Assembly: GCA_004172865.1 (NCBI GenBank)
Contig: SEBV01000008.1
Span: 85,933-149,932, forward strand
Length of the DNA: 64,000 nucleotides
Source of the DNA: Gammaproteobacteria bacterium
GTDB lineage: Bacteria > Pseudomonadota > Gammaproteobacteria > Pseudomonadales > Cellvibrionaceae
Direction of reading: 5' to 3'
The translations under genes were made by a program, and so were the position numbers. Under the pieces are notes generated by a model. That model worked only from the letters and a program-made list of their open reading frames with translations, was not told the origin of the DNA and made no database searches. This document shows positions 27,066 to 36,271 of the stretch, piece after piece (within the stretch, counting starts at the first letter, position 1; the number at the start of each line of letters is the position of its first letter).

Positions 27066-28235
27066 ATGAGCGATCCCATAATGCAGCCTGTTGTCTCGCT
27101 GGAGGTGGAATCCGCTCGCCCGTTAGCTGCAAAACCGAAAGAGAAAAACCTGGTTTTTTTCGATCCTCATTCTAAAAATTTACTTGAGTTGATAGAGCGT
27201 GTTGCGCCTAGTGACGCGCCTGTACTGATTACTGGAGATACGGGAACAGGGAAAGAGTTGATCGCCCGCCATATACATCATTTGAGCGGTCGGCAGGGCC
27301 CATTTCTAGTAGTTAATTGTGGGGCTATCAACGCCCAATTGGCCGAGAGTGAATTGTTTGGGCATGAGGCGGGGGCATTTACCGGCGCGTTTAGAAGAAG
27401 GGAAGGGTGGTTTGAAGCGGCCGAGGGAGGAACATTATTTATGGATGAAATTTGCGACCTTCCAATGTCCCTGCAAGTGAAGTTATTGCGAGTGCTGCAA
27501 GAAAAAGAAGTTATGCGTATTGGCTCGAGTGAAGCCACTCAGGTTAATGTGCGTTTGATAGCAGCGACCAACGTGGACATCGAATCTGCCGTGGCGGCTG
27601 GAAACTTTCGTCGCGATTTATTTTACCGGATTAACATTGCGCAAATTAAATTGCCATCGCTATGCGATAGACCTCAAGACATCATCCCTTTGGCTGAGCA
27701 TTTTCTAAAGTTTTACAGTAAAAAAATGAAACTCAAACAGCCAAAACTTTCCCGCGAAACAATCAATTTGCTTTTAAGTTATTCCTGGCCTGGCAATATT
27801 CGTGAACTGGAAAACGTTATTCATTTTGCGCTATTGGTTGCCGGCAAAGAAGTTATCAGCCCGAAACACTTAAGAATAATTGCAGATAGAAAAACAGCCG
27901 TTTTAAATTACGGCCAAGCGATATCTCACAGGCGACAAGTCAATGTAAGCAATATCAGCCCGAGGCAAGACACTCTGGGGGCGTGTGAGGAGCATGACGA
28001 TCCAATGGCAATCATAAGCAATCAGCTTATTCGCTTGTTCCAGGAAGCGGCTAACGGCCCAAACTTTGATACCTTGGAAGATCTGATTATCCACCAGGCA
28101 TTTTCACATTCCAGATCAAACCAGGTGCATTGTTCCGCGCTACTTGGAATATCCAGAAATGTCACACGGCGGCTTCTCAAACGCCACGGGTTACTCGCAA
28201 GTCACAAAGATGACGATGATAGTCAGGACGATTGA
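27066..28235 (+). CDS. Sigma54-dependent transcriptional activator (bEBP) lacking an N-terminal sensory or receiver domain
   Basis: The AAA+ core begins about 30 aa from the N-terminus ([28 protein letters not shown]). A C-terminal Fis-type HTH ([19 protein letters not shown]) and an acidic tail follow. Confidence 0.9.
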   Translation: MSDPIMQPVVSLEVESARPLAAKPKEKNLVFFDPHSKNLLELIERVAPSDAPVLITGDTGTGKELIARHIHHLSGRQGPFLVVNCGAINAQLAESELFGHEAGAFTGAFRRREGWFEAAEGGTLFMDEICDLPMSLQVKLLRVLQEKEVMRIGSSEATQVNVRLIAATNVDIESAVAAGNFRRDLFYRINIAQIKLPSLCDRPQDIIPLAEHFLKFYSKKMKLKQPKLSRETINLLLSYSWPGNIRELENVIHFALLVAGKEVISPKHLRIIADRKTAVLNYGQAISHRRQVNVSNISPRQDTLGACEEHDDPMAIISNQLIRLFQEAANGPNFDTLEDLIIHQAFSHSRSNQVHCSALLGISRNVTRRLLKRHGLLASHKDDDDSQDD

Positions 28236-28448
28236 TCTACCTTCGCCAATTTCATGATGTCAGTGTTTATTAAAATGCGGCCCTTTCGTTTTATTTAACG
28301 ACTTACTGTATCGACTTCTCTGTCCAATTTTTTTCATTAAGCTAAGAGTGTGTTAACGCACGGAGGCCCTTCCAGTTTCCCCCTATTGTAATTCCCATAA
28401 TGCAATCCAGGCGATTGCAAAATTGCTATTTACCTTAGGAGACTCCTC

Positions 28449-28949
28449 ATGTCTGAGTTTATCAATGAATCCATTAAAAACCTGCGCTCTAAAATAAAAT
28501 CAATCCGTTTTGGTATGCTGACTACGTTGAATGATGATGAAACCCTGTCTAGTCGCCCAATGACTCAGCAAGAACTGGATGACAATGGAATTTTGTGGTT
28601 TTTTATTTCAGATACATCACAATTGGCACTAGACATTAATCGTCATCAAAAAATTAATGTAACTTTTGCTGAACCTGCGGATAGCGTTTACTTATCAACC
28701 TCGGGTAATGCAGAAGTTATTAAATTTAAGGAAAAAGCTGCTGAACTATGGAACCCTGCAGTTGCTGCGTGGTTTCCTGAAGGGCTTGATGATCCACATC
28801 TTTCGTTAATTAAATTTACAATTCACACGGCAGAGTATTGGGATTCCCACAGCAATAAAATGCTACAGCTATTTGCAATTGCGAAGGCGGCAATAAGCGG
28901 GAAACCGCCAACAGATATCGGCGAGCATGAAAAACTCGATTTAAAATAA
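28449..28949 (+). CDS. Pyridoxamine-5'-phosphate-oxidase-like / general stress protein 26 family protein
   Basis: 166 aa with the typical pattern FGMLTT...SRPM...LWFF...YLS.SG.AE...W....AAWFP.G..DP.L.LI...AEYWD. Confidence 0.7.
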   Translation: MSEFINESIKNLRSKIKSIRFGMLTTLNDDETLSSRPMTQQELDDNGILWFFISDTSQLALDINRHQKINVTFAEPADSVYLSTSGNAEVIKFKEKAAELWNPAVAAWFPEGLDDPHLSLIKFTIHTAEYWDSHSNKMLQLFAIAKAAISGKPPTDIGEHEKLDLK

Positions 28950-28990
28950 ACTTAAACTCAACGCGCAGTTTCCATTTATAGAGAATACTT

Positions 28991-29398
28991 ATGTTCAATT
29001 ATATTGTTGGTTACTTTGGGGCTGCGGTTGTGTTTTGCTTAATGGATTTTATATGGCTAGGATTTATTGCCAAAAATTTTTATAGAAGCCGGATGGGTTC
29101 GCTAATGTTGGCTGAACCTAAATTAATACCAGCGGCAGCATTTTATATTTTATATCTTTTAGGTTTATTGATATTTGCCATTCTTCCTGCTGCGCGCGCT
29201 CAGAATTTTTTAATTGCAGCGAGCCTTGGTGCCTTGGTAGGTTTAATTGCCTATTCTTGTTACGATCTCACCAATCTCGCAACCTTGAAAGGATGGTCTA
29301 CGTCCTTAAGTCTTGTAGATATCGCTTGGGGGATAATTGTTAGTGCATCAGCAAGTGCAGCTGGCTATTGGGTTATTAAAATACTGGCAAAAAATTAA
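28991..29398 (+). CDS. DUF2177-like integral membrane protein
   Basis: 135 aa with four TM segments. The N-terminal DFIWLGFIAKNFY motif is typical of this family. Confidence 0.55.
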   Translation: MFNYIVGYFGAAVVFCLMDFIWLGFIAKNFYRSRMGSLMLAEPKLIPAAAFYILYLLGLLIFAILPAARAQNFLIAASLGALVGLIAYSCYDLTNLATLKGWSTSLSLVDIAWGIIVSASASAAGYWVIKILAKN

Positions 29399-29604
29399 AG
29401 TCTTCATTTTTATATCCACGTTGTAAGAAGCAGCCATTAAAAATTAATTTATAATAACGAAATTTAATTTCATTGTATTTAGAATTCACACTCCAATTTT
29501 TTCTAAAGTCCATAAGCGCTAACTCCCTATAAAGTTCGTTATCGCACAGAGCGAGAGAATTTTCGGTGCCATTCTCAAACCTCATTAGTGATGAGGAAAT
29601 GTAA

Positions 29605-30642
29605 ATGACACCAGTATCAATTCTAGCTGCCTCAGGCGCTCACGCGCTTACTTCAGCACATGGCTCGGTATACGACACTGCCAAACATCCGCAACTTGAT
29701 CCCGCGATGCAACGAGTTTTAAATGTTCTGGAATCGCTTCATAGTCAACCCATTGAAAATTTGTCACCCAGCGATGCCCGCCTTCAGCCAACTCCTGCAG
29801 ATGCAGTGAAAAAGATATTGGAACATGACAACAATCTTTTAATTGTTGATAACAGTCTAATCGTTAGTGAGCAAAAAATTGATGGCCCCTTAGGGCAAAT
29901 TCCAATTCATATTTTTACTCCCCCAGGTGAAGGTCCATTCCCCGTATTAGTTTATTTTCACGGCGGCGGCTTTGTAATTGCTAATACTAAGACCTATGAA
30001 TCATCTGTGCGAGCGCTTGCTAAAGCCGCAAATGCAATTGTAGTTTCGGTTGATTATCACCAAGCGCCAGAGCATCCTTTTCCGGCACCAGTTAATGATG
30101 CTTTTACTGCTTATCAGTGGGTTTTGGATAATGCAAAAGAATTTAACGGCGACTCAAATCGCGTGGCCGTTGGTGGTGAAAGTGCAGGCGGTAATTTAGC
30201 TGCAGTAGTCTCACTTATGGCAAGAGACAATAAAGTGAAATTGCCGATTCATCAGTTGTTGATATATCCCGTCGTAAATGATGATTTAGATTCTGCATCT
30301 TACATCCGCAATGAAAATGCAAAGCCGCTCAACAAAAATATGATGAAATGGTTTTTCAAACATTACGCTGCAGACTCAAACAACGCATATGCGTTGCCAT
30401 TGAAGGCATCGACTCTGCGAGGTCTTCCATCTGCTACTGTTATTACTGCCGAAATGGATCCGCTTTTATGTGATGGTAAATTTTATGCAGATCGTTTGCG
30501 GTATGAAGGTGTAGAGGTTGCTTATCAAGAATTCACTGGAGTAACGCATGAATTCTTCGGTATGGGCGCTGTAATTCCTAAAGCGAAACAAGCTGAAATT
30601 TTTGCTGCTGATAATTTAATTAGAGCCTTCTCCAAAGAGTGA
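29605..30642 (+). CDS. Alpha/beta-hydrolase, family IV (HSL-like) carboxylesterase
   Basis: HGGGF oxyanion motif, nucleophile elbow GESAGG, and late D and H residues (EMDPL, GVTHEF). Confidence 0.85.
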   Translation: MTPVSILAASGAHALTSAHGSVYDTAKHPQLDPAMQRVLNVLESLHSQPIENLSPSDARLQPTPADAVKKILEHDNNLLIVDNSLIVSEQKIDGPLGQIPIHIFTPPGEGPFPVLVYFHGGGFVIANTKTYESSVRALAKAANAIVVSVDYHQAPEHPFPAPVNDAFTAYQWVLDNAKEFNGDSNRVAVGGESAGGNLAAVVSLMARDNKVKLPIHQLLIYPVVNDDLDSASYIRNENAKPLNKNMMKWFFKHYAADSNNAYALPLKASTLRGLPSATVITAEMDPLLCDGKFYADRLRYEGVEVAYQEFTGVTHEFFGMGAVIPKAKQAEIFAADNLIRAFSKE

Positions 30643-30647
30643 TTATA

Positions 30648-30684
30648 AAAGCCAATACCAGGCAATGGTGTTGGCTTTTTTTAT
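30648..30684 (+). terminator. Rho-independent terminator after the esterase gene
   Basis: AGCCAATACCA, a loop, then TGGTGTTGGCT, followed by a run of seven T. Confidence 0.75.
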
Positions 30685-30737
30685 TGATGCTGAATTTTTA
30701 CAGCATTATTAATTTAACTTCATAAAAAGGTTGGTAT

Positions 30738-32810
30738 ATGTCTCTTCAACATATTCGCCGCCATAAAATATTATCTGCCATTGGCGCTATCATCTTACTA
30801 TTGGCTTTGTTAGTCGTACTAATCGTGCTTTTTTCAGAGCCGATTATTAAATCGATGCTTGAGAAAAAAGGTGGTAAGGCTTTAGATCGAGAATTGGTTA
30901 TTGATGGTGATTTTAAAATCCATTGGCACTGGGGCTATACAGAGGTTCATGCCGATAAAATTCGCCTAAGTAATGCTCGTGGTTACCCCGAGCCAAACAT
31001 GGTAACGATTGATAACCTTGATTTTACATTTAAACCGCTGAAACTACTCGTTGCAAAGTTAGAGTTTGGTGACATCGTTATTGATAAGCCATACGTGATT
31101 TTAGATAAAAAATCCGCTACAGATTTCAATTGGAATTTTCCCGCATTTTCTCAAGCAAACGTTGCGACTGAAACTGCACTTGCAGATGATCGTCATGACT
31201 TTCCAATTATTCAAACGCTGCAATTGAAGGCTGGGCGTCTTATTTATCGCGATGCGGTAAAAGGAATGAATCTTGATGTGAAATTGGATTCTGTAAGCGG
31301 TGAGGGAAATAAAGAAACTGACAACTCTACAAAAAAATCTGCTAAAGAATTTTCAATGTCCGGCACTGGCTCGATGCAAAATCAAAAATTTACTATTTCG
31401 GCTGAAGGTGGTTCGCTGGATAGCTTGCGCGATTCAAGCAAACCTTATCCACTCAGTTTGAAACTTACGATGGGGCAAACAAAAGTCTCAGTAGATGGTA
31501 CCTTTAAAGATCCCGTTAAATTAACAGGTGTTGATGCATCGCTGAATATTACTGGACACAACTTGGCGGATTTGTTCTACCTTACTGCAATTCCTTTGCC
31601 TCCAACTCCACCTTATACATTAAATGGGCAGTTAACTAAAAATGGCGGAACTTGGGGTTACAATAATTTTAAAGGGAAGGTGGGCGGAAGTGATTTGTCA
31701 GGAAATTTGTCCTATGACACCAGTAAAGAGCATGGCTTTTTAAAAGCTGATGTAGTGTCTAATGTATTGGATAGCGCAGATCTTGGTGGATTTATCGGTT
31801 TATCACCCGCTGGCGAAAATGCGGCTCCCGAACAAAAGAAAGCTGCAGCAGAAAAGAAAGCTAGCCCAAAATTAATTCCCGATGTTCCGTTGAAACTCGA
31901 ACGTCTTCGCGCTACGGATTTAGACGTTACCCTCAAGGCCATCAAAATAGTTGCACCTAACCTGCCATTTAAAGGTATGGAAGTTAGATTTTACTTGAAG
32001 GATGGATTACTCAAATTAGATCCACTCAAAGTGGTTCTTGCAGACGGAACAATTGACGGTTCCATAGAAATTGATGCGAACAAAGATGTTCCTCCCATGA
32101 AGATGAATTTGAATTTACGCAAATTAAGTCTGGGCCAATTTTTTATTAATACTCGCTTTGAGAAAACGTCGGAAGGTTTTTTTGGAGGAAAAGTTAATCT
32201 GGCAGGCACAGGTTCATCGCTTGCCGATGTACTGGCCACTAGCAATGGTGAACTCACGTTAATTATGTCGGGCGGAAAAATCAGTCAGTTATTGATAGAA
32301 GCTTCTGATTTGGATATTGCCCAAGCTGTTCCTTTATTTTTAGGTAAAGATAAATCCACTAAAATTCGCTGCGGAGTTACTGATTTTGGTGTTGAGGATG
32401 GTCTGCTAACATCGAAAGTCGTATTGCTTGATACGAATGACTCCTTGTTGCTGGGTAACGTGAGCATCAATATGAAGCGCGAAACTATCAACGCCAAATT
32501 AGATGCTAAACCAAAAGACGCGAGTATATTTGCGGTGCAAGTTCCTATCGTTTTATCTGGGCAATTGAAATCTCCTTCAATTGGATTAGATGGAAAAAAA
32601 GTGGGAAATCGTGGTGTGGCAGCAGTTGTTCTTGGAAGTTTGCTAACTCCTTTTGCTGCTATCTTGCCCTTTATTGAACGTGGTGATGCAGAGAACGCTG
32701 ACTGCAGAACTTTAATCAAAAATGCCGAAGCGGGAAATTCAAAAGCTGCTGGAGCAAAAGCAGAGCCTGTTAAGGCGGAACCTGTTAAAACAAACAATGC
32801 GAAAAAATAA
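30738..32810 (+). CDS. AsmA-family outer-membrane biogenesis protein
   Basis: 690 aa with an N-terminal TM anchor. Long beta-rich repeats and an AsmA-type C-terminal region. K/A-rich tail. Confidence 0.75.
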   Translation: MSLQHIRRHKILSAIGAIILLLALLVVLIVLFSEPIIKSMLEKKGGKALDRELVIDGDFKIHWHWGYTEVHADKIRLSNARGYPEPNMVTIDNLDFTFKPLKLLVAKLEFGDIVIDKPYVILDKKSATDFNWNFPAFSQANVATETALADDRHDFPIIQTLQLKAGRLIYRDAVKGMNLDVKLDSVSGEGNKETDNSTKKSAKEFSMSGTGSMQNQKFTISAEGGSLDSLRDSSKPYPLSLKLTMGQTKVSVDGTFKDPVKLTGVDASLNITGHNLADLFYLTAIPLPPTPPYTLNGQLTKNGGTWGYNNFKGKVGGSDLSGNLSYDTSKEHGFLKADVVSNVLDSADLGGFIGLSPAGENAAPEQKKAAAEKKASPKLIPDVPLKLERLRATDLDVTLKAIKIVAPNLPFKGMEVRFYLKDGLLKLDPLKVVLADGTIDGSIEIDANKDVPPMKMNLNLRKLSLGQFFINTRFEKTSEGFFGGKVNLAGTGSSLADVLATSNGELTLIMSGGKISQLLIEASDLDIAQAVPLFLGKDKSTKIRCGVTDFGVEDGLLTSKVVLLDTNDSLLLGNVSINMKRETINAKLDAKPKDASIFAVQVPIVLSGQLKSPSIGLDGKKVGNRGVAAVVLGSLLTPFAAILPFIERGDAENADCRTLIKNAEAGNSKAAGAKAEPVKAEPVKTNNAKK

Positions 32811-32847
32811 GCTCAATAGTGATTAAATTTTTGAACAGGAATAAAAC

Positions 32848-33519
32848 CTATGTTTTATTCCTGCGATCACCAATAATCCGTGCCGGATTTCCCGCTACAA
32901 TATGATAAGCCTCTATATTGCGGGTAATTTGGCTTCCCATTCCTGCAACTGCATGGTCAGAAATTGTCACGCCATCCACCACGCCAACATTGGCTCCTAA
33001 CCAAACATCTTTTCCTATAAAAATTCCTTCAGATTTAATTGCCTGATCGCAAATTAATTGGTCGGCAAGCAACCCATGATTGAATGCGTATAAGTTGCAA
33101 TGCGCGGCGATGCGTGAGTGATCACCAATTATGATTCCTTTACGTCCACCATCTATAGTTACATGATGATTAATTGATACGCCGTTGCCTATAGTAATAG
33201 GCCCGTGAAGCACACAATCAGCAGCTATGTAGGAATCATCGCCAATAATGATAGGGCGGCCAGGTTCGGCAAATAACTTTGCCTCTGGCGCAATAAAACA
33301 GTTATTGCCAATGTGAATGGTTTCAACAGATTGTAAATAAATTTGTATCTCTTCTTGCCATGCACGAGCCCACAGCATATGCGCCGGCTTCAACTCAAAG
33401 TAAAGCCAGGGCATATAACTCAAGCGTAACTTGTGCTGAGAACGGTAAAATTCGGGAGACGGCTTTTGAGGATCTTTATTATTCGCATCGGTGGTTGCAA
33501 GCTCTGTCATAATATTCAC
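32848..33519 (-). CDS. Hexapeptide-repeat (left-handed beta-helix) acyltransferase
   Basis: Repeated [LIV]-G-x4 hexads (IGNNCFI, IGDDSYI, IGNGVSI, IGDHSRI, IGKDVWLGANVGV). Confidence 0.8.
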   Translation of the reverse strand: MNIMTELATTDANNKDPQKPSPEFYRSQHKLRLSYMPWLYFELKPAHMLWARAWQEEIQIYLQSVETIHIGNNCFIAPEAKLFAEPGRPIIIGDDSYIAADCVLHGPITIGNGVSINHHVTIDGGRKGIIIGDHSRIAAHCNLYAFNHGLLADQLICDQAIKSEGIFIGKDVWLGANVGVVDGVTISDHAVAGMGSQITRNIEAYHIVAGNPARIIGDRRNKT

Positions 33520-33785
33520 AGCTAAAAATAATACGCAGTATAAATTTTTAGTAGCGTTAGTTCAAAGCTGCTTTGATAAAGAGTATCCGCAGGTTGCAGT
33601 TGTTAGGTAAATCCTTGATTTTCACATCAGGATTTAAGGAGCGCTTAGATGGGCGCTCTTTGGGGTTAACCGTTACTGTGCAACACTGCGGACACTTATT
33701 TTCATTATAGTGAGTGCTTGCGCCTTCGCTAATATTTACATAGTTTTTAAAGCCGCAACAGATATCATCATTAGACGAATTTTAT

Positions 33786-34502
33786 ATGAGTGATTTTTAC
33801 GAAGTAATTGAGAGTAATGAGTTTTTTATAGTTATTTATAAAAAGCCAAATACCAACTTTCATAGCGAAAATAATCAGCTGGGATTATTTGAAACGGTCA
33901 AGCAAAATGAGGGGCTGCAAGAGCTGTACCCGGTTCATCGTCTGGATAAGGTGACTTCAGGTGTAATGATCATGGCAAAAACAGCGGAGGCCAATCAGGA
34001 GTTGGTGGATCAGTTCAGGTTACGGCAGGTAGAAAAATATTATCTTGCCATCAGTGCAAAAAAATCCAAAAAGAAACAAGGTCTAATCAAAGGTGATATG
34101 GAATCGGCGCGGCGCGGCGCCTGGAAGCTTTTAACAACTCAGCTTAATCCTGCCATCACACAATTTTTTAGCACATCGCTTGGAGAGGGACGGCGTTTAT
34201 TTATTGTGAAACCTCGCACAGGAAAAACTCACCAAATTCGAGTTGCGCTAAAAAGTATTGGTTCACCAATTATGGGGGATGTACTTTATGCAGATGCCGA
34301 GAGCTGTACAGGCATAGATAGAGTATATTTGCATGCTTACAGCTTGGCGTTTGTGATTAAGGGTAAGAGCTATCGTTTTACCGCGTTACCGCGCGAGGGA
34401 AGTTTCTACTTAAATAATCAATTTACTACTGCAATTCAAGAGTTTAGTTCGCCGTGGGATTTAGCTTGGCCAAAAGTTAATAAGCAAGAAATTAATAATT
34501 AA
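33786..34502 (+). CDS. RluA-family pseudouridine synthase
   Basis: Catalytic motif HRLDKVTSG and the later KTHQIRV block. Confidence 0.85.
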   Translation: MSDFYEVIESNEFFIVIYKKPNTNFHSENNQLGLFETVKQNEGLQELYPVHRLDKVTSGVMIMAKTAEANQELVDQFRLRQVEKYYLAISAKKSKKKQGLIKGDMESARRGAWKLLTTQLNPAITQFFSTSLGEGRRLFIVKPRTGKTHQIRVALKSIGSPIMGDVLYADAESCTGIDRVYLHAYSLAFVIKGKSYRFTALPREGSFYLNNQFTTAIQEFSSPWDLAWPKVNKQEINN

Positions 34503-34775
34503 AAATTTTAAAAAATGAAAAATTATAATAATTTTTTTCAGTCACCTCAAAAGCAATTCAATGGCATGAAAGTTGAACTTGTATATGAGTATCGTCTTAA
34601 AGCAGCTTAATCACTAATACGTGCACCATTACATCACGGACTGATTTTGATGTGTATCATTTCTGTGCTTAAGCTTTCGACAAACAACAGTCTCCCGCAG
34701 GAACATTTTTATTGGGGCAGGCGACCAAAATTCTTCATTAGCTCCATTGATTAACCTATGAGACGGGGTTGAAGT

Positions 34776-35579
34776 ATGAGTGTCCCTTTTGCATTTTTAT
34801 TTATATTCTTGGTGGTGCCCGGGTTTGCACTTTTTACCGCTATCTATGGAATTTTTAAACGAAAAAAATCCGAAGAAAAGTTATTCAGGCTTGGGATTGT
34901 TTATTTAAAGAAATTACGCATGTTGTTGACTTATATTCAGCAACACCGAGGTCTTACCAATAGTTTCTTAAACGGAAATTTGGCAGTTGAGCCGGAAATA
35001 CAAAAGCTTGAAATATTAATAAAAAATGAAGTGGTAGATGTACAGGATACGAAAGGCTGGATGCAAGACAACACCAAATGGGATAGCCTGGTCGATCACT
35101 GGTTTCGGATTAGCTCGCATTACCAAAATGTGGGCGCTGATATTAATTTAAAGCAACACAATAATTTAATTGCCAATCTTTTATATCTTATAGATGACTT
35201 GGCTTACATCCATCATTTAGGAAAGCTCGAAGATATAAATGCTACAGATTCCGATTGGCGAAAATTATTATTTATTGCCGAATATGTTGGTCAGGCGCGT
35301 GCGCTGGGAATGGGCGTTGTGAGTAAGGGATATTGCACGAGCGTGTTGCGTATTCAATTGAATCATTTGATTGTAAAGATTGAAGCCAGTATAAATCCCG
35401 CCTGGGCTGAGCCAATCAAAAGAGATTTCCGTGACCTCTTGAGTATTCTTGCACAGGTGATTACAGATAACGCAAAAATCACCCCCGCCGACTATTTTGC
35501 GTTAGCTACTCGCTGTATAGATCACGTGTTGCATGAATTTGATCGGCAAGTTGAAAAAATCCAATTACACCGAAACTAA
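34776..35579 (+). CDS. Membrane-anchored protein with a NIT-like (nitrate/nitrite-sensing) helical domain and no output domain
   Basis: One N-terminal TM. IQQHRGLTNSFLNGN resembles the NIT-domain motif (ERG-x-S/T-x-x-FL). Confidence 0.4.
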   Translation: MSVPFAFLFIFLVVPGFALFTAIYGIFKRKKSEEKLFRLGIVYLKKLRMLLTYIQQHRGLTNSFLNGNLAVEPEIQKLEILIKNEVVDVQDTKGWMQDNTKWDSLVDHWFRISSHYQNVGADINLKQHNNLIANLLYLIDDLAYIHHLGKLEDINATDSDWRKLLFIAEYVGQARALGMGVVSKGYCTSVLRIQLNHLIVKIEASINPAWAEPIKRDFRDLLSILAQVITDNAKITPADYFALATRCIDHVLHEFDRQVEKIQLHRN

Positions 35580-35603
35580 AAATATCGGTGCACAATGCTG
35601 ATA

Positions 35604-36077
35604 TTAATCCAGGACTTTAATTTCCATGATTGCAAAAAACATTTGCACATTTCGAGCAGATGAAAATGCACGATAACATCCCATCGCATTGAGATGTTTT
35701 ACCGCCATAGCCGCTAATTCCCATGCGAGATATTCATCTGCTTCCACGGGTTCTTTTTCACCGAAAATAACAAGATCAGTAACGTCTTCCAGCTCTTTAA
35801 TTCGCAGTGAATCATTTTTCAACACTGGATTTATAGACTCATAAGCCCATGCCCATTTCCAAGTGGATGCACTGGGTGAATAGCTGCCAATATCAATAAT
35901 GTCCGCTTCAATAACAAGCTTGTCGTCTTGATTAAAAAATTGCAGTTTGGCTTTATCATTTTCGAACATCCAACGTTTATGGCTGCCAAAGCCATAGGTC
36001 GCTGTTAAATGTGCCTGCTTTTCTTTCAGTTCATCATTGGCGCTGGTTAAAAATAGTTCAAAATCATCATCGTTCAT
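35604..36077 (-). CDS. Hypothetical cytoplasmic protein
   Basis: ORF with even composition. The ATG at 36077 (MNDDDFELF) is preferred over the TTG at 36152. No family recognised with confidence. Confidence 0.5.
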   Translation of the reverse strand: MNDDDFELFLTSANDELKEKQAHLTATYGFGSHKRWMFENDKAKLQFFNQDDKLVIEADIIDIGSYSPSASTWKWAWAYESINPVLKNDSLRIKELEDVTDLVIFGEKEPVEADEYLAWELAAMAVKHLNAMGCYRAFSSARNVQMFFAIMEIKVLD

Positions 36078-36232
36078 AAAGTCACCCGTGGTGCTGGTAT
36101 TAATGTCGCGACTATATAGATTTAGCCGGTTTTTTCCTACTGGAAATGCCAAGCATTGCCTTTCTTGAGACTTTCCAATAGTGCAGACTTGGTTCGTTTT
36201 TATGCTTTAACCTAAAGGTTTTAGGCCCACAT

Positions 36233-36263
36233 AAAAAATGGCGCTTTATAAGCGCCATTTTTT
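36233..36263. terminator. Bidirectional rho-independent terminator
   Basis: A-run, then ATGGCGC-TTTATAA-GCGCCAT, then a T-run. Lies between the tail of the Bat operon and the upstream side of the same-strand gene 35604-36077, so it would act mainly as the Bat operon terminator. Confidence 0.8.
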
Positions 36264-36271
36264 ACTGTTAA

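Noticed and set aside
32285-32797. 170-aa antisense ORF inside the AsmA-family gene, plus smaller antisense ORFs at 31712-31945 and 31991-32257
   Set aside because: They are fully embedded antisense to a well-supported CDS. Composition is S/A/P-biased, as is typical of antisense frames, and there is no SD.
34561-34578. TGGCATGAAAGTTGAA, a sigma54-like word in the rluA/NIT-like intergenic region
   Set aside because: The -12 position reads GA instead of the near-invariant GC.
34515-34610. 31-codon ORF (MKNYNNFFQSPQKQFNGMKVELVYEYRLKAA) after the pseudouridine synthase gene
   Set aside because: No Shine-Dalgarno sequence, AT-rich context and unremarkable composition.
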